From Ignavibacteriota bacterium (GTDB lineage: Bacteria > Bacteroidota > Ignavibacteria > UBA10030): DNA of 64,000 bases. Below are positions 43,474 to 54,395 of this stretch, one piece after another (position 1 is the stretch's first letter; each line of letters opens with the position of its first letter). The translations under genes and the position numbers were made by a program. Location: contig CAVSHO010000011.1 of the NCBI GenBank assembly GCA_963727825.1, positions 96,001 to 160,000 on the forward strand. Direction: 5' to 3'. The notes beneath the pieces are model-generated. The model was not told the origin of the DNA and made no database searches. It saw only the letters and a list, made by a program, of their open reading frames with translations.

Positions 43474-43939
43474 ATATCCTCCGTTTATGTTAAATACACT
43501 ATACGAAATATTTTATTATCTGTCAAGTACTATTTTCTATTATTTTTTATCTTGCCGATATGATAAAAATATTTTCGTTAACCTATTGACAAGATAACAA
43601 GAATATGTTATCTTGTAGTTGTGATGAGCAACGAAAAGATAAATAAAAACCCGCTACCGATTGCAGTCGATATACGGGTATAATAAACGAATTGCACAAA
43701 CTTTTTAAAGAAGAAAGGAGGTCAATGTGGTAACAATTTGGAGCGAGAGAATGCTTACCTTTGCCGGATTCATTTTCTGCGCTCGTGCTATAATATAGTA
43801 CAACCCGCTTTTAAGGCGGGTCTGCAAGTGCTACTAACACATGCAAACCCTAAATCAATGCCCGCGTGAACGGACAAAGACCCTATTTCAATATACGTTC
43901 ATTGCGGGAAAAAATCAAGATCAAACTTGGAGTACCACA

Positions 43940-44773
43940 ATGAACACTTTATCCCTCGAAAAGAAAATCTTAATCCTTAATTCCCTCATTGAAGGAAACT
44001 CAATCCGTTCTACAGAACGACTTACGGGCGTAACTAAAAAAGCAATTTTAAAATTACTTATTAAAGCCGGAGAGCAAGCAAAAGAAATCCTTGACACTCA
44101 GTTAGTAGGCATTCAATCAAGATTTGTACAGGTAGATGAAATTTGGACGTATGTAGGAAAGAAACAAAGACAACTTAGAGAAAATGATTCAAAAGAATTA
44201 GGCGATCAATATGTATTTGTAGCAATGGACGCAGAAACTAAACTTGTTCCTGCTTACAAAGTAGGAAAGCGAACGATTGAAACTACGCGCTCATTCATTA
44301 AAGATTTACAGTACAGAATAATCGCACGCTTTCAACTCTCTACCGATTCATTCAAGCCGTATTTTAATGTTGTAGATGAAATTTTCGGAACTGATATTGA
44401 CTACGGACAGATTCACAAAGAGTATAAAGAAGATGGAAAGGGCGAAAAGCGATATAGTCCGGCTCAGATAATACGTGTAATAATAAATCCCTTAATCGGA
44501 AGTCCAAGTATTAAACATATCTCAACAAGTTTTATCGAACGACAGAACTTAACAATGAGAATGCAAATGAGAAGATTCACGCGGCTTACAAATGCTTTCT
44601 CAAAGAAGTTAAGAAACCTTGAAAGTGCCGTTGCATTACATTTTTATCATTACAACTTTATGCGTATTCATCAATCATTGAGAGTAACACCTGCAATGCA
44701 AGCAAATGTAACTCATAGATTGTGGACATGGGAAGATTTATTATTCAGCACACAGATGGAAAAAGTTGCGTAA
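43940..44773 (+). CDS. IS1-family DDE transposase
   Basis: N-terminal HTH (EGNSIRSTERLTGV), VQVDEIWTYVGKK, LSTD, STSFIERQNLTMR..RRFTR.TNAFSKK. Confidence 0.9.
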   Translation: MNTLSLEKKILILNSLIEGNSIRSTERLTGVTKKAILKLLIKAGEQAKEILDTQLVGIQSRFVQVDEIWTYVGKKQRQLRENDSKELGDQYVFVAMDAETKLVPAYKVGKRTIETTRSFIKDLQYRIIARFQLSTDSFKPYFNVVDEIFGTDIDYGQIHKEYKEDGKGEKRYSPAQIIRVIINPLIGSPSIKHISTSFIERQNLTMRMQMRRFTRLTNAFSKKLRNLESAVALHFYHYNFMRIHQSLRVTPAMQANVTHRLWTWEDLLFSTQMEKVA

Positions 44774-44963
44774 CAAAACTACACAGAGGTCTCTATTGCG
44801 TTCGTGTCCGTGTGTCATTAAATTTGTAGCGTGGAAACATACTTCATATATTTATTAATACTTGGTTTTATTTATTTGGTTATAGATCACCTAAGACTGA
44901 AAAAGAAAGTATTGTTTTTTATCCGCTCAACAAATGTTTGCGGTGATGCGGTTCGTAAATATA

Positions 44964-45197
44964 TTAGGGATGATGCATGCTTGCCTTTAGAAGGGCGGCA
45001 AGATTAGCTTGATGTTTCAAGAAAGAATCGTTCACCCGTTTTGCTGCTTCTTTTCCGGTAAGGCGATATTCTTTAACGAGAAGGGGAATAATTTCATCAT
45101 AAAGAGCGAGGGCAAGTGCGTGTATATCATTAATGCCATAAATAATATTAGACTTTTCCTCGTCAGCAGTCTTTTTCATGCTCATAATTATCCTCAT
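44964..45197 (-). CDS. Hypothetical passenger protein
   Basis: Short ORF inside the right TIR. Confidence 0.4.
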   Translation of the reverse strand: MRIIMSMKKTADEEKSNIIYGINDIHALALALYDEIIPLLVKEYRLTGKEAAKRVNDSFLKHQANLAALLKASMHHP

Positions 45198-45494
45198 ATA
45201 AATAGTTGTTGCATTGGTGGGTTATTAACAGCGAAAGAAACCTAAAGAATCTATGAATCATAGTCAAGATAGAAATAGTTCCCAAAACATAGAGAGAACA
45301 AATCAAGATGGAGTCGAAAAGACCCCACTACCGAAAATTGCTTTTAAATCATGCGTCAATCACTCATATCTATATTTTATGCAACGATCTTAATTTGATA
45401 AGGCAGCGGAAAGCGTCATCCGGAACAATCCAACAAGTGAATAAGTAGCGAAACGAAGTTTTTGAAGCAATTCAATTAGTTTTAGAAAATAAAA

Positions 45495-46545
45495 TTAAAT
45501 CTTTTCGCTCTCTAAGATTGACTTAACCTTGCTCACGACAATTTCCGGTGTAATCGATAGCATACATTCAAACGTTTTTATAGGACAGACATCGCCGCCA
45601 TGGATTGAACACGGACGACATTTAAGCCCTTTCATTTCTACCACAACATCACGGCGTCCGCGAGGTGCGAAACCAAATTCCGGGACAGTTGCCCCAAAGA
45701 TTGCAACAACTGGAGTTCCCACTGCAACTGCAAGGTGCATCGGAGCACTGTCGTTTGAGATCAATACTCTGCAGCGACGAATCAACTCAGCAGACTGAAG
45801 CAGTGATAACTTGCCTGCAATATTAAAAACATTTTTTGTCTGTGCAATCTCCATAACTTCCTTGCACAATATTTCATCTTCTTTTCCGCCAACAAGAACG
45901 ACAGCAATGCTTTCCGAAGTAATTTGTTTGCATACGGCAGCGAATCTGTCTGCAGACCAGCGCTTGGTATTCCAGATCGTGCCAGGAGCTACTGCAACAA
46001 TATTCTTATATCGATTCAATACATAATCATTTATAATCGAATCGATAATTTGCTTATCCTGATTTGAAGGATAAAGCCAAGGCAGGCTGGTCGTAACAGT
46101 AGGAAGTTTCAAGGGACTCAGCAACGAAAGGTTTCGTTCAATTTCGTGAGACGAAGGATTATAGCGCACATTTTTCTTGAACAACAAACGTCCAGCGCTT
46201 TTATCGAACCCAATACTGATTGTTGGTTTCAACAACCAAGTTAATAGCGCGCTTCGTAAAGATCGATGAGGAACAATAACCAAATTATAATTCTGTAATC
46301 TGAGTTTTGTCCTCATCCGCCATAAACCTTTTATTCCTTTATCGCTTCCGCGTTTATCATACTGAATTATTTTGGAGATGGCGGGATGATTTTCAAATAT
46401 TTCCGCTGTTCTGGGAACTACAATTATATCAATCGAAGATTGTGGATAATTTAATTTAAGTGTCATGGATAAGAGGCAGTGTTAGAATTGCGTCACCAAT
46501 GAATGCTGTCTGAATAACTAAGATTTTATTAAATAACTCAGCCAC
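45495..46545 (-). CDS. waaF: LPS heptosyltransferase II (GT9); N-terminus out of frame near 46470-46485
   Basis: KILVIQTAFIGD in an upstream frame; TKRW, SNDSAPMHLA, CRPCSIHG. Confidence 0.85.
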
Positions 46546-47450
46546 TACAACGCCTCCACTCGATCCGGGACATGCTTCCACCGTTTATGCATCCACATCC
46601 ATTGTTCCGGGAATTGTCTTATAATTTGCTCGGTCATATGAACTTGTCGTTGAGTCAGTTCAAGAACATTTTTATCCGAGAAACCAACTAAGTCATCACT
46701 CGATACATATTCCAAGTGCATTTTATAATTTCCATCTTTCTGTCGCACGGCGCATCCTATGACAATCGGTGCACCTGTCTTTAAGCAGAAAACAGCCGGA
46801 CCTTCAAAGGTGGGCACTTGCCGGCCAAAAAATTCTACTGCGATACTTTCTTTCGGAGCTGTTTGATCAGCTACGAGCGCAATAATTCCTCCCTGATGAA
46901 GTGTCCGTATAATTTCACGAACACTCATTCCCATTGACACTACTCTAACTCCGAATAATTCACGCCACTGATTTATGAGACGATCAACAAGTGCATTTGA
47001 TTGAGACTTTGCAATTGCACATACTGGCTCATTAGTATATACTGAGATCGCATGAGCCGACAGCTCCCAACTGCCGAAATGGGCAGTGACAAAAACAATA
47101 CCCTTCTTTCTCTTCAGAAATTCCGTTAATACATCAAGATTATCAATGCTAACTCTTTGCTCGATTATTTCCTTTGTATAATTCGGCGACCAGAGTAATT
47201 CAACAAATGTCGCAGTGATATTTTGGAATGATTGAAGAGCAATTTGCTCCAGTCTTTTTTTATCCATTTCTGGAAATGCGTTGCGAAGATTTCTGAGTGC
47301 TACTTCTCTACGCGATTTCAATATCGGATATGCTAATCGGGCAAGTGCAAAGCCGGTCTTGTGAACAAGTTGTAACGGCAGTAATCTGACAACAAAACCG
47401 AGGCATTGGAAAAAGATATATTCAATAACGTACACTTTTTTTATAGGCAT
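46545..47450 (-). CDS. Lipid A late acyltransferase (LpxL/HtrB family)
   Basis: TAHFGSWE, ADQ, FFG, PEQWMWMHKRWK. Confidence 0.92.
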   Translation of the reverse strand: MPIKKVYVIEYIFFQCLGFVVRLLPLQLVHKTGFALARLAYPILKSRREVALRNLRNAFPEMDKKRLEQIALQSFQNITATFVELLWSPNYTKEIIEQRVSIDNLDVLTEFLKRKKGIVFVTAHFGSWELSAHAISVYTNEPVCAIAKSQSNALVDRLINQWRELFGVRVVSMGMSVREIIRTLHQGGIIALVADQTAPKESIAVEFFGRQVPTFEGPAVFCLKTGAPIVIGCAVRQKDGNYKMHLEYVSSDDLVGFSDKNVLELTQRQVHMTEQIIRQFPEQWMWMHKRWKHVPDRVEAL

Positions 47451-47499
47451 AACATTTTAATTAATTTTGTTCGACTAATGGTTATTCGTTTTTATCGAA

Positions 47500-47913
47500 T
47501 CATTCGCCCATTACTTTAACGATTACGCGTTTCCGCCGCTGGCCATCAAACTCGGCGTAATAGATTTGCTGCCATGGCCCGAAATCTAATTTTCCGTCTG
47601 TTACAGGAACAATTACTTCATGATGAATAAGGAGGCTTTTCAAATGCGAATCGCCATTCGATTCTCCTGTACGATGGTGATTGTATTCTTGATTAAATGG
47701 TGCGAGCTTTTCCAACCACGTATCAATATCTTGAATTAATCCTGATTCCGCATCGTTTACATAGACACCAGCTGTAATATGCATTGCCGATACGAGAATC
47801 ATTCCTTCTTTAATTCTACTCTTTGCAAGAATTTGTTCCACTTCAGAGGTTATGTTAATATACTCGCGGTGTTTTTTTGTGTTGAACCAGAGATATTCTG
47901 TGAAAGATTTCAT
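47500..47913 (-). CDS. YjbQ family protein
   Basis: [27 protein letters not shown]. Confidence 0.92.
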   Translation of the reverse strand: MKSFTEYLWFNTKKHREYINITSEVEQILAKSRIKEGMILVSAMHITAGVYVNDAESGLIQDIDTWLEKLAPFNQEYNHHRTGESNGDSHLKSLLIHHEVIVPVTDGKLDFGPWQQIYYAEFDGQRRKRVIVKVMGE

Positions 47914-47915
47914 AA

Positions 47916-49295
47916 TTATTCCTTTTCAGAAAACGGTTCCAGAGCCAGAAAGTCTAAAGGCAATATGGTTACGTTCAAACGCGAATTTTTGACTCTTATG
48001 ACGACACCTGAGAATTGATCCTGCCATATTTCAGATGCATCAACTGGCATCTGAATTTCCACTTCTTTCTTCTCATGAGCAAAGTTGACGATAATTAGAA
48101 CAGAGTCATTATCTGAAGAACGTAAGAAAGAAAATAGATAAGAGCTATCAGAATTCTTTACATTGCGATACGAACCATACTGCAATGCCGGATGGTTCCG
48201 GCGAAGTGTACATAAATATCCATATAATTTGCTGGATGAATTAAATTGTTTATTATTTTCAACTCCATTGTCATTGTAGAAAAGGGGTATACCCGGAAGA
48301 GTGAAGGCAAGAATTGAAATTGCTTTTTCCCCCTGCAAATTGGACTTCTCAATGCTCGCAGTATCTTCAATATATTCTCTATATTGTATGTTGCTGCGCA
48401 GGTGCAACGATCCTTTGGGGAATTTCAGGGATTCAGTGTTTAAAGAATCATTGATTATCGAAGCAGAAAGCTTACCATCGATGATGTCCGCAAATGCATT
48501 ATTTATATTCCATGAACAGGTTAGATCAAATGCCTTGATGTGGTGCTCTGGTCGCATACTTTCTGAAATCATAAGTACTGGCTTGATTTTGTCTAATTCG
48601 CATCGAGCAACATCCCAGAAGTCTGTTGGTATCAATTCCGCCGATCTGCACTGTAAACCATCTATGCCAATTTCCTGAATCCAGAATTTCATCATCGCAA
48701 TCATATACTTGCGTAACTCATGTTGATTGTAGTCTAGCTGCGCAACATCGTTCCTTTCAGAATTTGGTGCAACAATCGCGCCTTCTTCATTATGAACAAA
48801 CCAGTCAGGATGTTCCATCAAAAGCTGACTATCCCAAGCGGCTTGATTGGTAACAAGATTGATAATGATTTTCAATCCTTGTTGATGGGTTGTGTTAACT
48901 AACGATTTAAAATCTTCAAGTGTGCCAAATTCTGAGTTGACCGCATAAAAATCTTTTACAGCATCAGGGCTTCCAATTTCTCCACTCCTATTCAACTCAC
49001 CAATAGGGTGAATCGGCATCAGTGAGACAACGGTAATACCGAGCTTCTTTAATTCAGGAATTTGTGCTTCAAACGCTTTAAATGTTCCACCATTGGAAAA
49101 CGAATGAAGATCGACTTCATAAATGATCGCATTCTTTACCCAGTCTGCACTTAGGCGTGCGTCCAGTTCACTGAATTTCTTTTTCGTGCATCCAAAATAA
49201 GAAATTGAACTGCACACAAATACAATAATAATTGTGCTAAATAAAAATTTTTTATCCACAAAGACTTTTTTTATTCTTCTTAAATTAAAGCCCAT
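47916..49295 (-). CDS. GH13 alpha-amylase-like protein with degenerate catalytic motifs
   Basis: [20 protein letters not shown] present; conserved regions II and IV altered. Confidence 0.8.
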   Translation of the reverse strand: MGFNLRRIKKVFVDKKFLFSTIIIVFVCSSISYFGCTKKKFSELDARLSADWVKNAIIYEVDLHSFSNGGTFKAFEAQIPELKKLGITVVSLMPIHPIGELNRSGEIGSPDAVKDFYAVNSEFGTLEDFKSLVNTTHQQGLKIIINLVTNQAAWDSQLLMEHPDWFVHNEEGAIVAPNSERNDVAQLDYNQHELRKYMIAMMKFWIQEIGIDGLQCRSAELIPTDFWDVARCELDKIKPVLMISESMRPEHHIKAFDLTCSWNINNAFADIIDGKLSASIINDSLNTESLKFPKGSLHLRSNIQYREYIEDTASIEKSNLQGEKAISILAFTLPGIPLFYNDNGVENNKQFNSSSKLYGYLCTLRRNHPALQYGSYRNVKNSDSSYLFSFLRSSDNDSVLIIVNFAHEKKEVEIQMPVDASEIWQDQFSGVVIRVKNSRLNVTILPLDFLALEPFSEKE

Positions 49296-49352
49296 CTCAA
49301 AAATGATTATGAGTCAGTCTGACAGCAAGGATTATTTTAAGATAGCTTATAG

Positions 49353-51584
49353 TTAAATCGTACCAAATCTATCTTGCACAAGCATTTTACCTGTTTCGGT
49401 TTTTTCAACTTTGATCCTACGGTTGATTGACGGAAATTCCTCGCCAGGATTCCAGTTTCCCATAGCTCCGCTGTTTGTATATTTATATTCTATCTCAGCA
49501 CCAACTGGTAACTGGATTTCAACCGCCCAAATACTGTCATCAGCAATTACATCTCCATGCGTGCCGTCATTATATAATCGCACCTTATTCGGAATCCAAC
49601 TTCCTAATTCTTCATGATTCCCAACAATGTAAAGATACTTACGAACATATATTTCACGGGCATCGCATTGAAAAAGCACAGTGATTAAATCCTGCTGACT
49701 TTGTGCCATCGTGCCTTGTGCTTGCCGAATCGTTTTTTGAGAAGAATCAAATGTGATTGGTTTGAATTCCCGCTTTGGCATTTTTCCACCGGCAAGTATT
49801 GCATACTTGTAGATATTTTGAAGATGGGTTATATACGCATGGTCAAATGGTTTATCACCAGCAGGCGCATTCTGCTCTGTACCATACCACCAGAACCAGT
49901 CTGAACCTTCTGCGGCGTACATTGATTCCCACGCTCTATATGCAAACCATGCCTTGGTATTTTTCTTTGGTGCGGGCTTCTTTGGATCTGGCTGAATAAT
50001 GCCGGAAACTTCTAAATCTTTTCGAGCAGTCAGTAAATATTCCCACGCCCTGTTTTCTTCATCTTCACCAATCCACGTATCATAGTTTGCATTAATCCAT
50101 GAACCTGGATAGAGCCATTCGATCTTTGGAAATGTTTCGACTGGATGGGCTGGGATATTTCTTTGCGGGTTACCATTAATATATTCGGTAACATTTGTTG
50201 TTACAACTTGCCGAGTTTCAAATAATTTGGATAGTTTTCGATAAAGTGCATTTTGAAAACTCTTGCCATCGTTATCGTAACGATACCATTCCCAAGCGTT
50301 CTCTCCATCAAGAATAACAGTCAATAATCGATCCTGCTCGCCTTCTTCTGGTACATACTTTAAGACTCCTCTGATAAAGTCGTCCGCCGCGTCTTCACCT
50401 TGATAATTTTTATAAACGAATCCAATTTTGTCGGATAATTCGGTCTCTCTAAAAACAATTACAACGGCATCTTTGACTTTCGAATCATGCTCCGGGAAAA
50501 CAGCATATGGATAAAAACAAGGATTTGCCCCTGTTTTTGAACGTTCAAGTATCTTCTGGTCTGTTGCTATCCATTTGATTCCTTGGTGAGCAAAAACCGG
50601 AATAACGTCGTGGGCTACCGAACCCTCACCAGGCCACATACCTGTCGGCTTTGTTCCGAATATCTTCTTGAACTCGCTTACCGCTTTCGCTACTTGTGCC
50701 TCAGCATCTTTTGGAAAATGGAATCTCAATGGCATAATATCATTTGGCTGGCACAGCTTGGCAAGATCTGAATCATAAATCAGTGGTAAAATGGGATGAT
50801 AATACGGCGTTGTCAGTATTTCAATCTGCCCTTTGTGTGTATTAGGATGGTACATCAACTTCCTATGAATTGGAATAATAGCGGCAAGAACTTTGAATGT
50901 TTCCGCAACAATACGATTGCAGATTTCCTCAGTGATTTTTTCTTTCAGAGTATATGTTCCGTTGGCATTTTTCTGAATAATATCTGTGAGATTGATCGAT
51001 ACACCTGTGGTAAGTTTCTGCGGCTGATCAAAAAAATCCGGATCAAACGATGCCAGGAAAAACCAGCACTTGATTTCACGAATCTCTTGTTCAGATAATC
51101 CATCCTTACCGACTTGAGAGTACTTTTCTCTTAAAGATTTATACTCCGGGAATCTTGAAATGATTATCTCGCTCACGCCGAATGCATTCCAGACATTCGT
51201 AAGTAAGTATCTATAATCTTGCTCATTGAACTGAGCAGTCGGTTTGAGTGCAAGATCAATCCACGGGTCTGTTTTTCCCCCATATTTTGCAAAATATCTC
51301 ACTGCGTTTACGCGATTCTTTTTCACATCCACAAATGGCGCCAAACGCTCCACATAATATGTTTGTAATTGTGATAGTAGTGATGAGGTCAAATTAACTG
51401 TAAAATGAATATTTGGATATTGCTCAAGTACCGCCGCCATGTCATAGTAATCCTTGGTTCCGTGTGTACGCACCCACGGGCCTTGAAGTTGATCCGATTC
51501 TGGATCAAGATATAAAGGCTGATGTTGATGCCAAATAATATTTAAATAGAGTGTTTTGCCAGTTTTTGGATATATGTCATTCAT
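49353..51584 (-). CDS. GH57 glycoside hydrolase (amylopullulanase-like) with C-terminal CBM20-like domain
   Basis: WHQHQP, GMWPGEG, LDGENAW, AEGSDWFWW; IVGNHEELGSW..EYKY. Confidence 0.92.
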   Translation of the reverse strand: MNDIYPKTGKTLYLNIIWHQHQPLYLDPESDQLQGPWVRTHGTKDYYDMAAVLEQYPNIHFTVNLTSSLLSQLQTYYVERLAPFVDVKKNRVNAVRYFAKYGGKTDPWIDLALKPTAQFNEQDYRYLLTNVWNAFGVSEIIISRFPEYKSLREKYSQVGKDGLSEQEIREIKCWFFLASFDPDFFDQPQKLTTGVSINLTDIIQKNANGTYTLKEKITEEICNRIVAETFKVLAAIIPIHRKLMYHPNTHKGQIEILTTPYYHPILPLIYDSDLAKLCQPNDIMPLRFHFPKDAEAQVAKAVSEFKKIFGTKPTGMWPGEGSVAHDVIPVFAHQGIKWIATDQKILERSKTGANPCFYPYAVFPEHDSKVKDAVVIVFRETELSDKIGFVYKNYQGEDAADDFIRGVLKYVPEEGEQDRLLTVILDGENAWEWYRYDNDGKSFQNALYRKLSKLFETRQVVTTNVTEYINGNPQRNIPAHPVETFPKIEWLYPGSWINANYDTWIGEDEENRAWEYLLTARKDLEVSGIIQPDPKKPAPKKNTKAWFAYRAWESMYAAEGSDWFWWYGTEQNAPAGDKPFDHAYITHLQNIYKYAILAGGKMPKREFKPITFDSSQKTIRQAQGTMAQSQQDLITVLFQCDAREIYVRKYLYIVGNHEELGSWIPNKVRLYNDGTHGDVIADDSIWAVEIQLPVGAEIEYKYTNSGAMGNWNPGEEFPSINRRIKVEKTETGKMLVQDRFGTI

Positions 51585-51759
51585 TATAAATACCTTGATT
51601 GAAGAATAACTTCTTTACATAATAAATAAGAACATCTCCAATTTCAATAACTGATAGGAAAATAGGAATGGCTAACTAAAATGAGCTATGTGTATCAATA
51701 GAAAAAGGCGTCGAGTTCTTCTTTCCCGACGCCTTTATTTTTACATTCAAAAACTATTA

Positions 51760-52047
51760 TTAATGTTGAGCAAGGACAGCTTCTTTTGCAGCCTTCGCAA
51801 CACGGAACTTTACAACTGTTTTTGCAGGAATATTTATTTGCGCTCCAGTAGCTGGATTGCGTCCGATACGGGCTTTACGATCAACCAGAACCAATTTACC
51901 GATACCTGGTAAAGTAAAAGAGTTTTTTGCTTCCCGATACGCTAAAGCTGCAATCTCTTCTAATATCCCCACTGCATCTTTCTTCTTCAACTCAAACTTG
52001 CTTGCAAGATGAGCTGCAATCTGGCTTTTCGTCATTGCTTTTCCCAT
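51760..52047 (-). CDS. HU family DNA-binding protein
   Basis: RKARIGRNPATG..INIPAK.VVKFR; terminator hairpin at ~51702-51740. Confidence 0.95.
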   Translation of the reverse strand: MGKAMTKSQIAAHLASKFELKKKDAVGILEEIAALAYREAKNSFTLPGIGKLVLVDRKARIGRNPATGAQINIPAKTVVKFRVAKAAKEAVLAQH

Positions 52048-53118
52048 AGGAGTCCCTTTTATAATGATTAATTATTTGTGATTTGTTTGGTAAACTACAA
52101 ATTTAACAAGCGAGAACCGATATTCATTCTACCCTATCAGACAATTCTTAGGGAAATATATGTTGTTTTTCAATCAAATGTCAACAAAAAAATTCATTTT
52201 CTTCAATGTTTTCAACTTGTTCCGTTTGTCGTAGTTTTTCAAATATTTTGAAAAGAAACCTAACTCGGAATTGTGAGCTCTATTTTAGATTTAGATACAC
52301 AAGAATGTTCTTTCATTTTAAATTACTTGATCTTAGTATTGCACTAATTTTGCTTAATTATCGGTTAAATTAACAAATCCGATTTTTTATTTTGAATCTT
52401 TTTGTTAATCTTTTCTATCATAATAAAATAATCTTGCTTCGCGAGACATTATCCAATAACTTTATTAAGTAATAACAACGAGGTCGTAGCTCAGTCCCGC
52501 CAGAAAGCGGCGGGATGTCGTGAACCAGAAAACGTTTCACTCCACTTGGTTTAATTTACATATCGAGGTCGAAGCTCAGCCTGGTTAGAGCGACTGCCTG
52601 TTACGAAATTGAATTCCTTTCATAATTCGTCAAAACCTGTAAAAAAATACAAATTGTATATGAGCTGTATGTAAGTTTTTTACCTTTTTACAATCAGATA
52701 CAGCTTATTTTTATCTTGCCGTAGTATCTTCTTTTCAACGAGTTCTTGGGCGAATAACTTCCAGCTTTTATGATAGCCAGCACTAAATAGTGTAGCCATC
52801 TGTGTGTCGTGCGATTTTCTTTAAGAGATTTTCCTTCATTTCTGCTTTAGTCATCGTAGTAACCTTTCAGCAAGTGTTTATTGATTAGTGAAACAACTTG
52901 CGGACGGACTTCGTTACTTGCAATTTGCGTTTGTGTCCTCTAATATCTACCTTTCTACTGCCAACTTAATATCACTCGCAATACCAACGGAGAACCATCT
53001 TGAGGCATGCGATTTTATTCGTATTATTTCCTATTTCTGCATTTAAGCATTTTGAAAATTATCAACGTGGCAGCTTAGCCACCATCCATTAGATATATAT
53101 TTTTGATTACTAATTACA

Positions 53119-53487
53119 ATGATTTGTAAATACGAATATAAAAACGGTATCTTATTCCAGATATTTCCCGATGTTCTAAATTTTCATGACATTCATCCAC
53201 TTTCAATGGAGATGGATACTATTTACAAAGAATATTCCATTATGCCCAATTGTCTTGTTAATCTCCAAGCAATGAAATATTTTCAGGGAGACTTCAATGC
53301 AGTAATTGATTTAGCAGAGCTGCGTGGAGCAAAGAAATTCCCAAATCAAATAAAATCAGCATTATTAGTTTCAAATGATTTGCAATTAGGATTTGCCCGG
53401 ATGTATCAGACACTCAGCAAAAATCCACAAATAACGACAGAAATATTTAGGGATGAGCTAAAAGCTATTGAATGGTTAAGAATCTAA
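53119..53487 (+). CDS. Hypothetical protein (STAS/SEC14-like), inverted cassette
   Basis: ALLVS.DLQLGFARMYQ...IFRD...A.EWL; preceded by a plus-strand attC end. Confidence 0.65.
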   Translation: MICKYEYKNGILFQIFPDVLNFHDIHPLSMEMDTIYKEYSIMPNCLVNLQAMKYFQGDFNAVIDLAELRGAKKFPNQIKSALLVSNDLQLGFARMYQTLSKNPQITTEIFRDELKAIEWLRI

Positions 53488-53754
53488 TAATACTTCCCTG
53501 ACTGGCGGCTCAAGTTGAATACAAGAAAAATAGAAAGCCCAATATCTAACAGTATTGGGCTTTTCACTATAATAACGTAACCAGAATAAATTTATTGTAA
53601 CTCAGCCAGCGCTTGTTTTAACTATGAATCTTTTAACGATTGAGCAACGGCATAGCTTATACTGTTATCTAACATAGGCGATCCACGCTCATTCAGTCAG
53701 ATTAAGCATCTTGTTAAACAACATGTAATATAAATCTTTGTATACTAACCTAAA

Positions 53755-54021
53755 CTATTTCGCATCCGGTTCTTCTTGTTCTTTATCGTCTTTTTCCGCA
53801 AACCGTTCGATGAAATGGAAGAGATGGTAAGGACGTAGTATAAGATATAACCCGATGACAAGCTGAACACCAAAATGAATGATGGTATATTCATTTTGAA
53901 TAGATTGTGCTTTGTAATATCCAAGCCAGACGAAAATGATATTACATAATGATACAACGGCTCCAACCAATTGCCATACTCCCAAGAGACGAACACCAAC
54001 GACAAAAATATCTTTTCTCAT
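53755..54021 (-). CDS. Small two-TM hypothetical protein (cassette)
   Basis: aggag RBS; flanked by attC at 54070 and an attC remnant ending gttaaac at ~53719. Confidence 0.7.
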   Translation of the reverse strand: MRKDIFVVGVRLLGVWQLVGAVVSLCNIIFVWLGYYKAQSIQNEYTIIHFGVQLVIGLYLILRPYHLFHFIERFAEKDDKEQEEPDAK

Positions 54022-54069
54022 TTTGGTTCTCCTAATAGAATGGATTTATGTCTTTTGTTAATTTATGCG

Positions 54070-54226
54070 GCCTAACGTCCGTTGGCTAATCCACCGCACT
54101 GATAATTTTCAAATTGCACTAAACGAACCAAGTTCATTCATTGCACTTTCATATATGAAATAAATTTCTGAGTGTAATGCAAAATGCACCTACGCTCGTT
54201 CGGTTAGCTTGAGCGCTCGGTTAGGC
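54070..54226 (-). repeat. Complete attC-like site (157 bp)
   Basis: gcctaac ... gttaggc cores; right arm cggttagcttgagc has extra T and G relative to the left-arm consensus gctaagctgcgg. Confidence 0.85.
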
Positions 54227-54316
54227 ATAACGGCGCTCAGGGCTTGATTTAAGCGTTCTTTGACAAATAATTAATTATTTCCTTGACAAAGTTAATAATA
54301 ATAATATATTTGTAGT

Positions 54317-54395
54317 GTGTTTGTTTTAAAGACCCGCTCAACAAACGTTCCCCTGGGAACTTCCGAGAGGATAGTTAGAGCGGGTTTTGTTTTGT
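54317..54395 (+). ncRNA. Candidate small structured RNA convergent with the DUF3800 gene
   Basis: TTGACA-16-TATATT at 54283-54310; closing stem acccgctc-aac/gtt-a-gagcgggt, two inner hairpins (one with a GAGA tetraloop), T-rich tail. Confidence 0.6.

Larger units (their letters stand above)
41489..45332. mobile_element. IS1-family element with passenger genes (3844 bp)
   Basis: 19-bp TIRs GGTAGTGGTGTCTTTTCGA / TCGAAAAGACCCCACTACC (one mismatch); 8-bp TSD gaaaattg at 41481-41488 and 45333-45340. Confidence 0.93.
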
